Shown piece after piece: positions 39,163 to 52,802 of a stretch of 64,000 bases of DNA (the first letter of the stretch is position 1; every line of letters starts with the position of its first letter). The notes under the pieces are model-generated. The model was not told where the DNA came from, did no database searches, and saw only the letters and a program-made list of their open reading frames with translations. The position numbers were made by a program, and so were the translations under genes. Where the stretch lies: the NCBI GenBank assembly GCA_030324005.1, contig JARDVH010000164.1, positions 20,886,031 to 20,950,030 of the forward strand, given 5' to 3'. Source of the DNA: Negaprion brevirostris (lineage: Eukaryota).

Positions 39163-39557
39163 TTGTCAGTGTGGAGCTTGTACGTTCTTCCCAGGCAGAG
39201 TTTTACTGGCATACCTGCCCGAGGTTTGTACGATCCCTCCCCCAACCCGAGGCCAATGGAGAATGCCGTTCTCTGAGTCTCACCGTGGCCCCCCCCCCAC
39301 CCCCGGAATTGGAGTTGGCACGCAGGTAAAATTCTGACACCCGTGCCTGCGTGTGTTTCCTCCGGGTGCTCCGCTTTCCTCCCACACTCCAAACATGTGC
39401 GGCTTAAGTTGATTGGCCGTGCTAAATTGCCCCTTAGTGTCGGGGGGATCTAGGAGGGTAAATATGTGAGGTTATGGGGATAGGAGCTGGGTGGGATTGT
39501 TGTTAGTGCATTCTCAATGGGCCAAATGGCCTCCTCCTTACTGTAGATTCTATGATA
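39163..39557 (+). mobile_element. 5'-truncated HE1 SINE carrying a nested ~147-bp insertion
   Basis: V-core TGTGGAGCTTGTACGTTCTTCCC is interrupted at 39193 and resumes CCCGTGCCTGCGTGTGTTTCCTCCGGG at 39340. HE1 tail present. Confidence 0.88.
39193..39339. mobile_element. MITE-like element with short terminal inverted repeats
   Basis: GGCAGAGTTTTAC ... GTAAAATTCTGAC (11/13 complementary), flanked by CCC on both sides. Confidence 0.7.
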
Positions 39558-41099
39558 ATTATAAAACTATAAACTGTATGTATAATTGGCTCCCTGGTTT
39601 ATTACATAGTCAATTGATGAGCATTAAGACCTACAAATCGATTACATTTTCAATATTTAAACCATCAAGAAATAAGGAATTATCCATATAAATTAGCACA
39701 TTGACCATATCATAATGCATTAAATATCATTGCTCTATCTTTTGCCCATTTGCTTTTATGTATGTCTGCTCCCTATTTTGTTTGAATGTGATTTCTATCT
39801 TGGTTCCTGTGCTGCGAGCTTGTTGTTGTTACAGGAATCATCAGCACTCTCCGGCTGTACAATAAAGTCAGACCACAGGAATGACATCAGCCCGTCTGAA
39901 ACCCAATGCAGATCTGGTCTTCACATCCAATTACGCCATCACTTAATCATCCTCAACTGACAAAACATGAGGGGAAAAAAAATCACCCACAGATTTGAGT
40001 TGAACTCAGTTTTAGTGAAGAGAGAGGATCACAAGGTTGTCCCAGACAGCTTTGGATCCACCTGCAATTCACTGCTCCACAGACGTATCTGGCTATTGCC
40101 TAAGAAAGTCTCTGCTTAACATTGCCCAGAGGAGGTAGAAAAGGCAACATGAGTTCCTAGTGGTTCTGGGCAGCTACTCCTTTGATCCTGNNNNNNNNNN
40201 GAAGGTACATCAATCTTTATTATTCCTTTGAAATCAAATTTCGATGGCTGCTCCTTTAACTTTTATCCTTTATCATGCTAAATATCCTGGAAAAGTTTCT
40301 TTCACAGGCCATGCCCTATTTAAATGTGAATTATTGCTCTGGATGCCTTGATAGCATGTTATGTAGATTAGTAAAAACCAGTGTTGACTGCTCTGTACCT
40401 CCATTGCGTGACCTAAAATTTAAATGGGTTATTCATGATTGGCTATTGGCAGGATAAATTGAAAGGTAGCGCGATGATATGAGACTGCAAGTGGTACACT
40501 GGTGTCCCTCTCTATCACGGCAACAATGTCTTCTCGATAAATGAGCCAGTTTTGGTAGCTCTCTCCATGACAATCACTGAACATTCGGGCAGAAGGTCCT
40601 CAAAGCTACACTATAGATATTGTGACGTACTTTCACAATAAATGTCCTGAAAGAACCCTTTGTATTTATATTGTCTGATAGTTTTCCTCAGTGACAGTAA
40701 AAATGATCATCTGCAGGTCAAGCAGAATTCTTACCATGCATTTCCTAGGATGTTCTTAAATTTCATTGAAGCCAGAATAGAACGGAATAAAAATGAAAAT
40801 GTTCTAAAGAAATGTCTGTCAAACAATAATGACAAATGGATTTATGTGAAGGTCAGCTGTCTTCTATGATTTAAGAGTGAGGAGACAGTCACAGAATTTT
40901 TCCAATTCCCATAGCAGGCAGGATATGGACCATGCAAAGGTCTGTTGCTCTCAGGAGAATTTTCCAGTCTTGGGTGAGCGAGGCCAGAAAATCCTGCCCC
41001 GTCTTTCAGCACAGCAAGCCAGAGTTTGGCAGGATGGATTTTGGTAGGATGGATTATTTCATTCCACTGAGTTCTCAATCTTGAAATGGTTCGCGTAAG

Positions 41100-41292
41100 A
41101 GTCCAAAGATGTGCGAGTTTGATTGATTGGCTATGCTAAAAGTGCCCCTTAGTGTCCTGAGATGTGTAGGTTAGAGGGATTAGCAGGTAAATATGTAGGG
41201 ATATGGGGGTAGGGCCTGGGTGGGATTGTGGTCGGTGCAGACTCGATGGGCCGAATGGCCCCCTTCTGCACTGTAGGGTTTCTATGATTCTA
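41100..41292 (+). mobile_element. HE1 SINE 3' half
   Basis: GTCCAAAGATGTGCG ... GACTCGATGGGCCGAATGGCCCCCTTCTGCACTGTAGGGTTTCTATGATTCTA. Confidence 0.9.
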
Positions 41293-41349
41293 AGCTGCAA
41301 CTAGCACAGTACCATGATAATCAGCACTTAGGCCTCAGTCAGCATCAAC

Positions 41350-43655
41350 AACTAAAGTGGGGAGACAAAGTGAAATGTATCCCAGTTGTGCTGAATACAC
41401 AAAGCTAGGTGGGAAAATAAGCTATGAGGAGGATGCAAAGGGATAGCAAAGCAGTATAGACAGGTTAAATGTGTACACATGAACACAAACAGGAGTAGGC
41501 TATTTAAACCTTCCAGTTTGTTGCAACATTCAATGCAATCATAATTGACGTGTAATAATTCCAGATAGCCATCTTTTCCCATATCTGTTAACACTTTTAG
41601 ATAACAAAAATCTATCAATCTCAGATTCAGAATTTGTAATTACGTAGCATTAAGTACTGTTTGCAGAAGTTTTGAAATGGTCCCTGCACTCAGCATTTAG
41701 AAGCAGTTTCTAGCTTCATTCATAGAATATCTGTCTCTGATGTTTAAGACTATGCCCAAGACTTCAAAATATAGTTCCAGATACAGTTTTTCTCCAACTA
41801 CCATTTCCCAAGTATCTTGGGAACTTCAAATCACCCTTTGAGCTTCTAAATTCCAACAAAGAAAGCCTTAGTTTATGTAATGTAAATGCATCAGAAGCAG
41901 TTCAGAGAAGATTCATTAGATGAACATCTGGAACAAGCAGTTTATTTTATGAAGAGAGGCGACGCTTCTATCTGATGGAGTTTAGAAGAGTAAGAAGTGA
42001 CTTGATTGAAACATACAAGATCCTGAGGAGTTTTGAAAAGGTGGATGGAGGCAGGATTTTTGCTTTTTGTGGGAAAATCTGGAACTAGACGTCATGGCTC
42101 AAAATTTAAAGTCGCCCATTTAAGACAGAGATAAGGAAAATATTTCTCAGAGGGTTGAGTTTCTTGGCTTAGGAAGCAAAGTTGAGCAAGTCTTGGAACA
42201 TCTTTTCTGAAAAAAGATAAATTAGCGATAAGCAAGAGCTGAAAGGTCATTGGGGGTAGGCAAGAATGTGAAGTTGTGGCTAAAATTAGGTCAGCCATGA
42301 TCTTATTGAGTGGCAGAGCAGGCTTGAGGGGCCAAGTGGGCTACTTCTGCTCCAAATTCGTATGTAATCTCTCACTGCAATTTAACCCTTAGAATCTAGG
42401 TATAATTCTGCTAAGCCAACACTGCATCGCTGCAAGGATAATATATTCTTCCTCAAGTGTGGTACCCAAAACTGTCAAAGTGCAGTCAAACTGGGGCTTG
42501 GTATATCCGAAGCATGACTGATTTCGACCCTCTTGCGTTCTCATACTCCAGATAGAAAAGTCAGTATTCTGTTTTCCTTTTTGATTTTTTGCAGTATTCA
42601 TATAGGATTTTAATGGTCTCTTTCCTGAACCTCATCCTTTCATCCCTCCCTCACCCACATCTCTCTGAACCATTCAGAAAATGTTCTATCTGTTTCAGAT
42701 TCAAAGTGGACGATTTCAGAGGTATACAATTTTGCCCATTCATTTAAAAATTGAGCATGTGGATGGATTGTTTCAATCCACACTATTTACATTGCCGGTT
42801 ATCATTGACAAATTTGGATATGTTGCTTTCTATCCTATCATCTAAGCAGCTAATAAAATACAGCAAACAGTTGAGGCCTCAAACACAAGAATGTGACAGA
42901 CGGAGTACAACGGGAAGTGTGAATTCTTCCACTTTGGATGGGGAAAAAAAAAATCAGAAGTAGAATAAGTAAGTGCTGGTCACTTAGAGGGACCTGGGTG
43001 TCACTGTACACAGTAAGTTAACATGCGAGGACAGAAAATAATCAGGAAAACAAAAGATTATATTATATCATAGTCCCAATTCCTAATAAAGTGTAAGATT
43101 GAAGAAGCCTTACTGCAATTGTCGAAGGCGTTGATTAGACCTGCCTTGGAGTACTGTGCACAGATTTGGTCTCCTTACCAAAGGAGGGTACAATTGCCTT
43201 GAAGGTTCACTGGACTAAATTCTGGGAAAAGAGGACTGTCCTATGATGATAAATTGAGCACAATGGGCCTATAGTCTCACAACAATTTGGACAAATGCGA
43301 GGTGACTGCATTAAAAATGAAATTCTAAATGGGCTTGACAAAGTAGCATGGGAACATGTTACTCCTGACAGAGAAGTCGAAAATTAGTGGGACACCATCT
43401 CAGAACAAGGGTAAGCCATTTAGGGTCGAGATGAGGAGAAATTCTTCACTCAAAAGACTATGGATCACTGAGCATCCATAATCCTTTGGAGAAGAGAATT
43501 TTTGTCATTTGAGTACATGAGACAAAAAGAAAACATATTTTTGGATACAAAAATAGAGATCACGAAGAAAAGTGAGAGAAATATAACATAAGCTATGATC
43601 TTACTGAAGCAGGCTTCAAAAGCTGTCTGGCCTTCTTCTGCTCCTATTTCTGACT
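41350..43655. mobile_element. Nest of CR1 LINE fragments in alternating orientation
   Basis: Plus-strand pieces near 41350-41470, 41880-42365 and 42900-43655; minus-strand pieces near 41470-41880 and 42380-42860. CR1 3' UTR motifs such as TCAGCCATGATCTTATTGAGTGGCAGAGCAGGCTTGAGGGGCC. Confidence 0.75.
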
Positions 43656-45229
43656 TTGTTTTGTTTTTAAACTTTCAACACCAGATTAGGTATTTTCGCC
43701 CCCACCTCCAGATGGCAAATGTAAATGCCAATTTTCTACCTTATTTTTAAAACTTCCCCAAAATCAAAAAGGACAAAATATTTTCTTCAATTGAAAACTT
43801 CGAAATGAACATGAAAAACGGTAGCATCGAAGTGGTACTAACATTTTCACTACATGCACAAATCAAAAATGGATTTCACCATTATAAAACACATTCAAGT
43901 ACTTTATGTAACTGAATGTCTGATATTTAACAGTCTTACTGGCTTGAGGTTGCAAGTCATTTATTTCATATTATTTAACAACCAAGCAACATACACAAGA
44001 ATTCCCAAAGAAAACTTAGAACATCCCCTTGTCCCAGAGCAGCTCATCAGGTACTTAATCTGTTGAAATTACCATGTCAGAATTACCAATGATTAAATTA
44101 GCTGCCAGCAGCTTGTTTTTTTTATTCGCCCTAAATTGTTAAAAATAAGTTCATGAAACACTTTTAATGAAGTCAAATTTCAAAACTGGATGCTTCCTAG
44201 ATAAATTTAGGTTACACCTTATTTTACCTGACTCAACCTTTGCCAATCACATTAGGGTTCTGAAACAGAGTGGGATGAATTTAAGCAGAGATTCCATTTT
44301 CATATCTGTGATCTCCATTCTGAAATAGGTGCCAAAAAACACATTTGTCCAGATAGTAAGTATGATGGGAAATATTATCACTACAGAAGCATATGTGCTT
44401 CTCACTTTATTGCAATTCTCCAGGATAGCTTTAATTGACAAACAGCTGAAGGAAACAAGATTCAAACCACAGCTATTTGCCTGTAGTATTGTAGAACTTT
44501 CCTGATCATTTGATTTAACTTAAATGATTCAAATAATCCGAAGACAAGCCTCATCTTTAAAACAAAAACCCATCTTCCTCAAGCTTGATAATTAACACCT
44601 TATTAATGGCTGTCTCACACGCATGTCAATTAATTTAACAAACATTTGCTGAGAACTGGGCAGAATGGAGTTGCTCCTCCCAGTTACTCTTCCCATTCCA
44701 CTTATTACTGTCCTGGAATACCATGTTCACATTAGAGCATGAGGTTTTCATCCTGAAATTTTGTCATACAACTTAAGCGAAGAATTCAATATTGTTTTTA
44801 TGACAGAGTGCATTACCAACATAACGGTACTTCAGTTTATCCAAAGCTCATTTGCTATACCACATAATCCCACTCATTCAATCAACACTAACTGGCAGAC
44901 CGTCAATGCCAGACATTTAAAATCCTTGTCATCCAGTTTAAACACCTTTATTGCATCACCCCTCCTTTTGCTGCAACATCAACCAGCCTACAAATCACTC
45001 TCCCTCACTCTGCACCAGCTACAATTTACCAATTCTCCAGCCCTGGACTTTGGTTTTCATTCATTCTTGGATGTGAGTTTTGTTGGCAAGGTTGGCATTT
45101 ATTGTCCATCCCCAATTTCCCTCATGCACACAGTTCTCTTCATCCCACCATCAACAACTATGCATTTGGCCTGGGCCGATTCTCTCAAATTTCTTCCTCA
45201 AACACCTCTGTCACTCCACATATCTGCTT

Positions 45230-46260
45230 GACCGATTGCAAAATTGCCCAGCCATGTTAGGTCCACAAAAAGCAGGCCAAATTCAATCTGGCCAAATTAC
45301 TGCCCCATCAGCGAACTTTCAATTATCAGCACAGTGATGGAAGGGGCCATCAACAGCACTAACTCAGCAATAACTCAGGTTGAATTCTGTCAGTGCTGCT
45401 TGGCTTCAGACCAAATTCTCCTTTGGTACAAACATGGACGAAAGGTTAGAACACACAAAAGAAGATGGATTTGACTGCCCTTGACATCAAGACATTTGAC
45501 CAACTATCATTTCAAGTAGGTCCAACAAAAGTGAAGTCATTGGAACTGGAAAAAAATCTCCACAGGCTCGAGTCACCCTTAGTACAAAGGAAGGTGGCTA
45601 AGATTCTTGCACATCAACTTTCAATGGTAGGGCTTCACTGTAAAAGTTCCTCACAGCAGTGTCCTGGGCCCCACATCTTCAGATGTTTCATCAATGACCT
45701 TTTCGCATCCATAAGGTGGAGGGGGTGGCCTACCATGCACTTGGTTTAACTGGCACCCAATCTACCACCAACGGGCACTACAGCTGGAAATGTAGAGCAT
45801 TTACAAGATGAACCTGATAAACTTGCCACGTTCCTCCCAAACTGGAGGACCCCACTAGCGAAACAGACAAGGACAACACATAGATGGAAAATGTATCAGG
45901 CCCAAGCTGGCTGGGTGCATTGACCATGCTAAATTCTCCCTCAGTGTACCCAAACGGGTGCCAGATTGTCGTGACTGGGAGATTTTCATAGTAACTTCAT
46001 TGCAGTGTTAATGTAAGCCTACTTGTGACACAAGTAAGTCAACTTCAAACCAAACACTCCAAGTCTCATGCCATGCTGGCGAGGAAAACCTATCAATTTT
46101 CCTTCATTGTTACTAGGTTAAAATCTTGGAACTCACTAAACACCACTGTGGGGATACTATCACCACACAAACTGTAGCAATTCAATAGGGCAGTTCATTA
46201 TCAAATCTTCTCAAGAACAATTAAGAGTGATGAATAAATAGATGCATGCAATGTTCACAT
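45230..46260 (+). mobile_element. Second, fragmented copy of the 4165-7190 LINE family (RT and 3' end)
   Basis: NYCPISELSIISTVMEG, TALDIKTFD and FRCFINDL, with the 3' UTR similar to 6990-7190. Interrupted by a SINE tail at 45908-46050. Confidence 0.8.
45908..46050 (+). mobile_element. 3' half of the alternative-tail V-SINE
   Basis: CATGCTAAATTCTCCCTCAGTGTACCC...GTAACTTCATTGCAGTGTTAATGTAAGCCTACTTGTGACAC. Confidence 0.85.
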
Positions 46261-46369
46261 CTTACTAACGTACAAATCATCCACCCATTCCCCCTAAAAG
46301 TTACCTCTGACAAAAGACCCCTTCTACCAACTGTTCCTTTGACTTGGTGACTTATCTGCCATATTACAT

Positions 46370-47110
46370 TTTGATGAGTAGGCCATTCAATCCCTTAGAT
46401 CATGGCTGATCTTGATCTTAACAAATTCGATTTACACACCTTGGTTCCACATCTCTTCATTCTCATACCGAACAGAAATGATCAATCTCAGCTTTGAAAC
46501 TGTCCTCAACGACTATTATGAGGAAAGAGAATTACAGATTTCCATTTACCTTTTAAGTGAGGGCACGTTTCTTTCTTCCACCCAGAATAGGAAATAGTTT
46601 TGACTCCATCAAATCTTTTAACCTCAAACATCTTAATTAGATACCCCTTAATCTTTCACATTTGAGGTAATACATCCCCGTTAATTTATGCAACCCTATA
46701 GTTCTCTCTGCACTAGTTTTTAGCAATTCCTATGTAAAAACTCAAACTCTTATCAGCAATTTGTAGCTTCTCACCATTTAGAAAATACCCAATTATTGGA
46801 TGACTTCCCACTTCTCACACTGAACTCCACCCACTACAGTTTTTCTTAATCTATTGATCATTACCCCAAAGCATCTGCAGTACTCATTATGTCATTAGTG
46901 TCATCAGCTGAGTCACCAATAAATATTGTGAAAAGCAGAGAACCCAGTACAAATCTCTTGGAAGTTACCATTATTTACATGCACCATTTGGAAACATAAC
47001 CATTCACCCTACTGTTATCTTCCTCTTAACTAGTGCCAAAGATTGATTGCCCAAATTGCGCACACTTCTCATTTTCACCACCTGTTCCATCACATCTAAT
47101 GAAATACCTT
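46370..47110 (-). mobile_element. Old CR1 LINE fragments
   Basis: GAGTAGGCCATTCAATCCCTTAGATCATGGCTGATC is the reverse of the CR1 3' end; TTAGTGTCATCAGC reads ADDT on the minus strand. Confidence 0.6.
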
Positions 47111-47399
47111 ATGATGTTTTTATTAAAAATGGGAATGCAAGTTGTAGTTAGAGTCAATCTACTGAATGTAGGAGCCATCAGTCGGAATTTGGGGAATTCC
47201 CTCACCTAAAGTCCCACTGAATTAATTTATGTACCATTATTAAATGAGCAGACTAATCTCTTTGGTATATTTGTATAGAGGTCAACGCCCTCTACATCTC
47301 ACCCTGAAAATGCAGCAGCTACACGAATCGTAACTAGCTTCTGACATTCTGTAGGACACGTACAGGAACAATTAAGTGATTGACTCAACTTATCCTTAC

Positions 47400-47539
47400 C
47401 AAGCGATCATGTGTATGCAGACTGCTATAGCTGCTAGATTGAGAGACATGAGAGGAAGTGCTTCCCAACATTCCTCCATAACTTGGCTGGTGCATTCCAT
47501 TTGATGAATTCCAAAGATCAGAAGAATTGTGATTTCCAT
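47400..47539 (-). CDS. TCF12: TCF12 coding exon (human exon 10 equivalent)
   Basis: 140 nt, phase 1-0, bounded by ctgttag|AT and TTG|gtaagg. Translates (D)[46 protein letters not shown]. Confidence 0.96.
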
Positions 47540-47881
47540 CTAACAGAAGAGAAGGATATTTAATTAATGAAATTGAACTGAGGAAATTCAAACAATTGCA
47601 TTGAATATCTAATCCTATTCTTCACAGCTAAGAAAACACAAGTCACTGCGTGCAATCAAGGCCTCCAAGGTCCACGAGCAACATAATAAACCTCAGCAGA
47701 CCATGGCCAATCTTTGCAAGGTAACAAATTCATTACAAATAGTTATGAAACACTGCAGTTTTGTTTTAATAAAATTGAATCCTCCAAATTTCAGTAAGTT
47801 TTAATTTATTTGGAAACAAACTCTGCAGATCCCACAGAAGGAACAAGCAACATAGATCATATCCACCACATATTAGTGTTA

Positions 47882-48061
<180 letters not shown>

Positions 48062-51000
48062 CTACAGAAAAGAAGAAAAATCAAAATAAATCAGTAAAAT
48101 ACTGCTTTTAGGTTTAAAATCATCAAATCATCAAATCCCTGTAATGCAGGAGGCCATTCAGCTCATCAAGCCTCCATTAACAATCTCACCCAGACCCTAC
48201 CCCTGCAATCCCAGCTGGCGCACTATGCCATCCAAAATATTTACAGGTCTCTGCTTCAAATACAAGCAGTTGAAGATCAGAACAAAAGTCAAAACAGATG
48301 ATAAAATGTTTCATTTATATTAGAACAGACGTAAAAGATCAACTATAAAAAGTGATCATGTATTTTGCAAGTTTTGGTGGCCTACGGTTCAATTAAACAT
48401 TAATTGCAAGTTGAATGTTTTTTTCATTTGTATCAGATTTAGCAAATGAATAAATTTCAGATAAAGGAAATTCTTGTACTCATGATACACAGGCAATGCA
48501 ATGCATAATACTACTTAAAAACATTTCGGCATAATTTACCCAAAAGTAATCCATGCCTTGACCCTGCCACGATCTCATGTTTAATATCAAGCAATCTTCC
48601 AAAAATTCCTATTTATAATGGCAGGGGATTGCTTCAAAATAAAGCCAGGTAAAACATTCTCAGCTGGCTAGTAGCCAATTATCAGGTCAAGTTTATAAAA
48701 ATTGGGGAAATAGGGAACCCACCCTTCCCTATCAAATCCAAACTGCAAGCTACAACATAAGCAGATCTAGAGCAGAGCAGAAAAAAATGAAACCAGTGTA
48801 ACAGCACAACTCAGAGTTAAAGATCTTTTTATTGTGTGCACTTCAAATACATTGGCTTAAAACAGGTTTAGTGGCTTCTGTCTTTGTAGCACAAACAGCA
48901 TATGCCCAGGCTGTTGGTTAATCCATCACTGTCAACTAAAAACTGAAGAATAAAGGCAACTTCACTGAGAAGATGTAGTTTGATCAATAGGAGAAAGCAT
49001 TGGGTGTATATGTTACAAAATTTGAAATGTCAGCAGCAGTGCATATATATTTTACATCAGAGATCACCAACAGGAGTGCTCTTGCATTTCCCCTCAGTTC
49101 AAATTTTACTTCAATGTCATATTTACAAACTAAAATCATAAACAAACAACTCATACGTGGCTGAAACCAGTTTTATACATTTCAAGTAATCTTGGCTCTA
49201 AATAACAGTATGAATATTTTGTGAGTAGCGTCTGTTTTTTTTCTACTTTCTTGCTGGTCCAAAATATGCATACCTCTCAGCTTTTACAAACAGAAATAAC
49301 TGCTCAGTTATGAAACACACTAGTGCCAGCCTTGATTTTGGGATCAAAGGCTTTGTGCACCAAACCATATTGATGTGGTCTCAATAATTTCATTAACTCC
49401 AGATGGAGAGTCAATAGTCAGCCAATGCCACAGAAAAAGCAAGTTTCTCAGAGTTACAATCAGAACAGTCCACAAATTAGAAACAGATTCCTCATGTCAT
49501 CTGATCTCCTGCACCAATTCCTGTTTTTAACAGGCTACTCTTGATGTTCATTTCACTATCACTAAATAGAGAGCTTGAAACTAAAAAGGCAAGCTGTTTT
49601 GTATATATGGTTATTTAAAGTTACAGATAAGTACTCCTCTGACAGCTCAGTGAATTTATCCAGAGAATAGTTAATTCATCAAGATCGGAAAAGCCCAAGT
49701 TTAATGCTCAAACTGCATTGAATTGGATGAAATCAGCTGGGGAATTTAGTCAATACAACAATGGATCCAAACTGGGGTCCACAGAGTCTTTGAGGGGTCC
49801 GCCAAATAATGTGAAACGCAAGTTAAAAGGGAGGGAACCGATTGCAGTAACACATTTGTAGCACAAAGTGAAGTGCTCGTTTCACCTAGGACAACAGCAA
49901 GGGTAGACTTCACCTCTATATTCCTTCAAAAGGATTATAGCTATCACATTGGAAGCAAAGGCCGAATCACTAACCAGCTACTGATGGCAGCAGCCAAGCT
50001 CACAAAGCTTGGCTGTGATGACTCCTTCAGTTGTGTAGCCTGCTGACTCTATTGATCAAGATTCACACATGAAGGGTCACAAAGATACCAGATGAAAACG
50101 AGTGCCTGTCAAAATACTTGAACAAAAATTCAGCCACTTCGTTGAAGGAAAAAAATTGGCAAGAAATTTGCAGATAACAAAATTCGACTTAATTACAGCT
50201 CAATAAATGATCCTTCATCAGTAGTAATTATTCAAATATCCATGTGGAAACAAAATTGAGCAAAATTTTAATTCCTGAAATGTTTTTGTAACACAAATCT
50301 TTAATTCATGGGTTTACAAACTAGAACAGATTGAACAAATGAGCTTGTCATTCTTTGAATAAGTACAATTTTCAACAGTATAGATCAAACCAGTATTGCA
50401 CCTGATCCACCCATTCCCTTGCTGCTTTGATGTGCTGGTAGAAATGGACATAACCTTCATGATGAAACATCAATAAAGCATATTGTAGACAACACGTCTG
50501 TCTGGCATGAAGCAGAGCTCAATAGAATCTGAGAGCAGTCCACAGGAGTTACAGCAAAAAGCCAATAAAACTCATCTCCACTGACACACATGCTAACATC
50601 CCCACACCCTCCCCTAACAGTTTCTGAAAGGAAAGTGAGATTANNNNNNNNNNNNNNNNNNNNNNNNNNNNNNNNNNNNNNNNNNNNNNNNNNNNNNNNN
50701 NNNNNNNNNNNNNNNNNNNNNNNNNNNNNNNNNNNNNNNNNNNTGAAAGGAAAGTGAGATTAATCTAAAAACAGAAGTGACCTTCATTTATTGCTTACAA
50801 CAAACTCTATAAGTCACAGAATAACTCTGAACTAAAGCAGCAATAGTACGCCTTCATTGTTTTAGTGAAAAGATTAAATTTGAGCATTCATATATTTCAT
50901 ATCAAAAATGTATTAATTTCAGTATAGATGAGTGTTCTTTAACTGAGAAATACCTTCATGAACAGCTGTAGTCAATGGAAATATTGACTCAGATCTGATG

Positions 51001-51924
51001 CAAGTTTCTGCTACAAGTAACCATCAAGTAATGAAAACCCAACTTATGTTAAAAATAAATCAGAAAGGCCAATTATTATTTGAATCTAGTAGAAGCATCA
51101 GCTTTGCACTGCACTCATCTTGACAGCGTATGTTGAAGTATGCACTTAATTATAAAATATTCCCCAAGCAAAATGGTCACGCTTTAATAAAAGCTTTAAA
51201 TACCAAACCAGAAATTACTAAAATCCCATGGTGAGAAAGCTTCACTTAATATCAATGCATGGATATTAAAATCCCACAACTGGTCCCTTACAAATTTTAA
51301 GCTGAATGGGTGGAGCAGGGTTTTGGAAGAATGAAAGAGAAAAATGTTATTAATAAAACAATTTATCATAGGACTTGGGAGGACAATTTAATACCTGAAT
51401 TCTGTCTCTACAATTTTTGACATACTATGAAAATATTTCATTAAGACCTTTATTTCCCAAAATTTGACTATTTAACTTGGAAAAAGAAAAATCAGGAAGA
51501 ATAAATGCCCAAATTTTAAGTCAAGACATGGATCAAAGCACAGAGGAAGAGGAAAATAAGCAAATGTTTCATTTTGTGCACCTGCTGCTTGTTGANNNNN
51601 NNNNNCAAGTATCCATAAAGATAACGCTAAACTATTTAAAACAACAAGGACAGAGCAAAGGTTGTGCTATTAACTTCACTTTGGCTATTTCCTGTTTTAG
51701 TGTATTAGTCTTCATGTGTTTTTTTTGAAATGGATAGGACTTGTCTTTACCACTACTAAGTATGAAAACAACAAACTTCAGTGCCTCTTGTGTGCCACAC
51801 TTATGCAGTCAGAACAATTTATCCTTACATAGCTTTTTAAACACAAAAACATCCCAAGATGCTTTACAAGAGCACTGAACAAAATTTGGTATCATGTCAC
51901 AAACAAATATCAAGGAAGTTGACT

Positions 51925-52312
51925 CAAAGAGGAACCATGGTTCTGTTCACTTTTGGGTCTGAAGGGTTGAAGTCTCATTCCAGGACTTGGGCACAGAAAT
52001 CAAGACCAACACTCCAGTGCAATACTGAGGTCCTGCACTGCAGATGACATCATCTTTCAGATAGGATGTTAAACCAAGGCTCCACCACTCCCCTCTCAAG
52101 TCAATGTAAATGTACCATGGCACTATTGTATAGGGGGAGTTATTGATCCCTTAATATAACACCACAAAAACAAATTACTGTCATTTATCACATTGCTACT
52201 TGTTGAAACTTCCTGTGCAAAAAAAATTTACGGTGCATCTGACATACACTTAAATTATTTCACTGGCTATAAAGTGCTTTGAGCCAGAGGCTGTGAAAAG
52301 GTGCCATATACA
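51925..52312 (+). mobile_element. Deu-domain SINE (SacSINE1/AmnSINE-like) with L2-type tail
   Basis: CTCCAGTGCAATACTGAGG, CATCTTTCAGATAGGATGTTAAACCAAGGC, CCATGGCACTATT, TATCACATTGCT and CTGGCTATAAAGTGCTTTG follow the Deu-SINE layout. A lone tail of the same type is at 62540-62650. Confidence 0.75.
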
Positions 52313-52802
52313 CACACCTTTGTTTTTCATTGTGAAGGAATGAAGGCAGAGCAGTTTACAGAGCAAATTCCACAACTTAGGGCCTTGGCAGCTGAAGGCA
52401 CAGCTACCATTGGTGAGGAAATGAAAACTAAAAGATGCACACAAGCCCAGACTGAAATGTGCCAACTGCAATTAAAGCCAAAGTAGAAAATGATCCAGAC
52501 AAATGTACGATTTTTCTGGAGTGGAAACTTGACAAACACATGAAAGGTTGAGAAATAAATAATTTCCTTATTAGCATTAGAATTTATAATGTTCCAAGTA
52601 TATGTCAAAATAATGTAAAGGAGGTGTGATTGGAAGTGTGCTCCTTTTGTTTTAAGAGTTTTATAATGAAGCATAAAGCAGAGCTGTGTGGTCTTTCTTG
52701 ANNNNNNNNNNNNNNNNNNNNNNNNNNNNNNNNNNNNNNNNNNNNNNNNNNNNNNNNNNNNNNNNNNNNNNNNNNNNNNNNNNNNNNNNNNNNNNNNNNN
52801 NT

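Noticed and set aside
49991-50015. Perfect 10-bp hairpin CAGCCAAGCT-CACAA-AGCTTGGCTG
   Set aside because: One such stem is unremarkable in 64 kb, it is too short for a pre-miRNA, and it may sit in a decayed hAT-like element starting near 49760.
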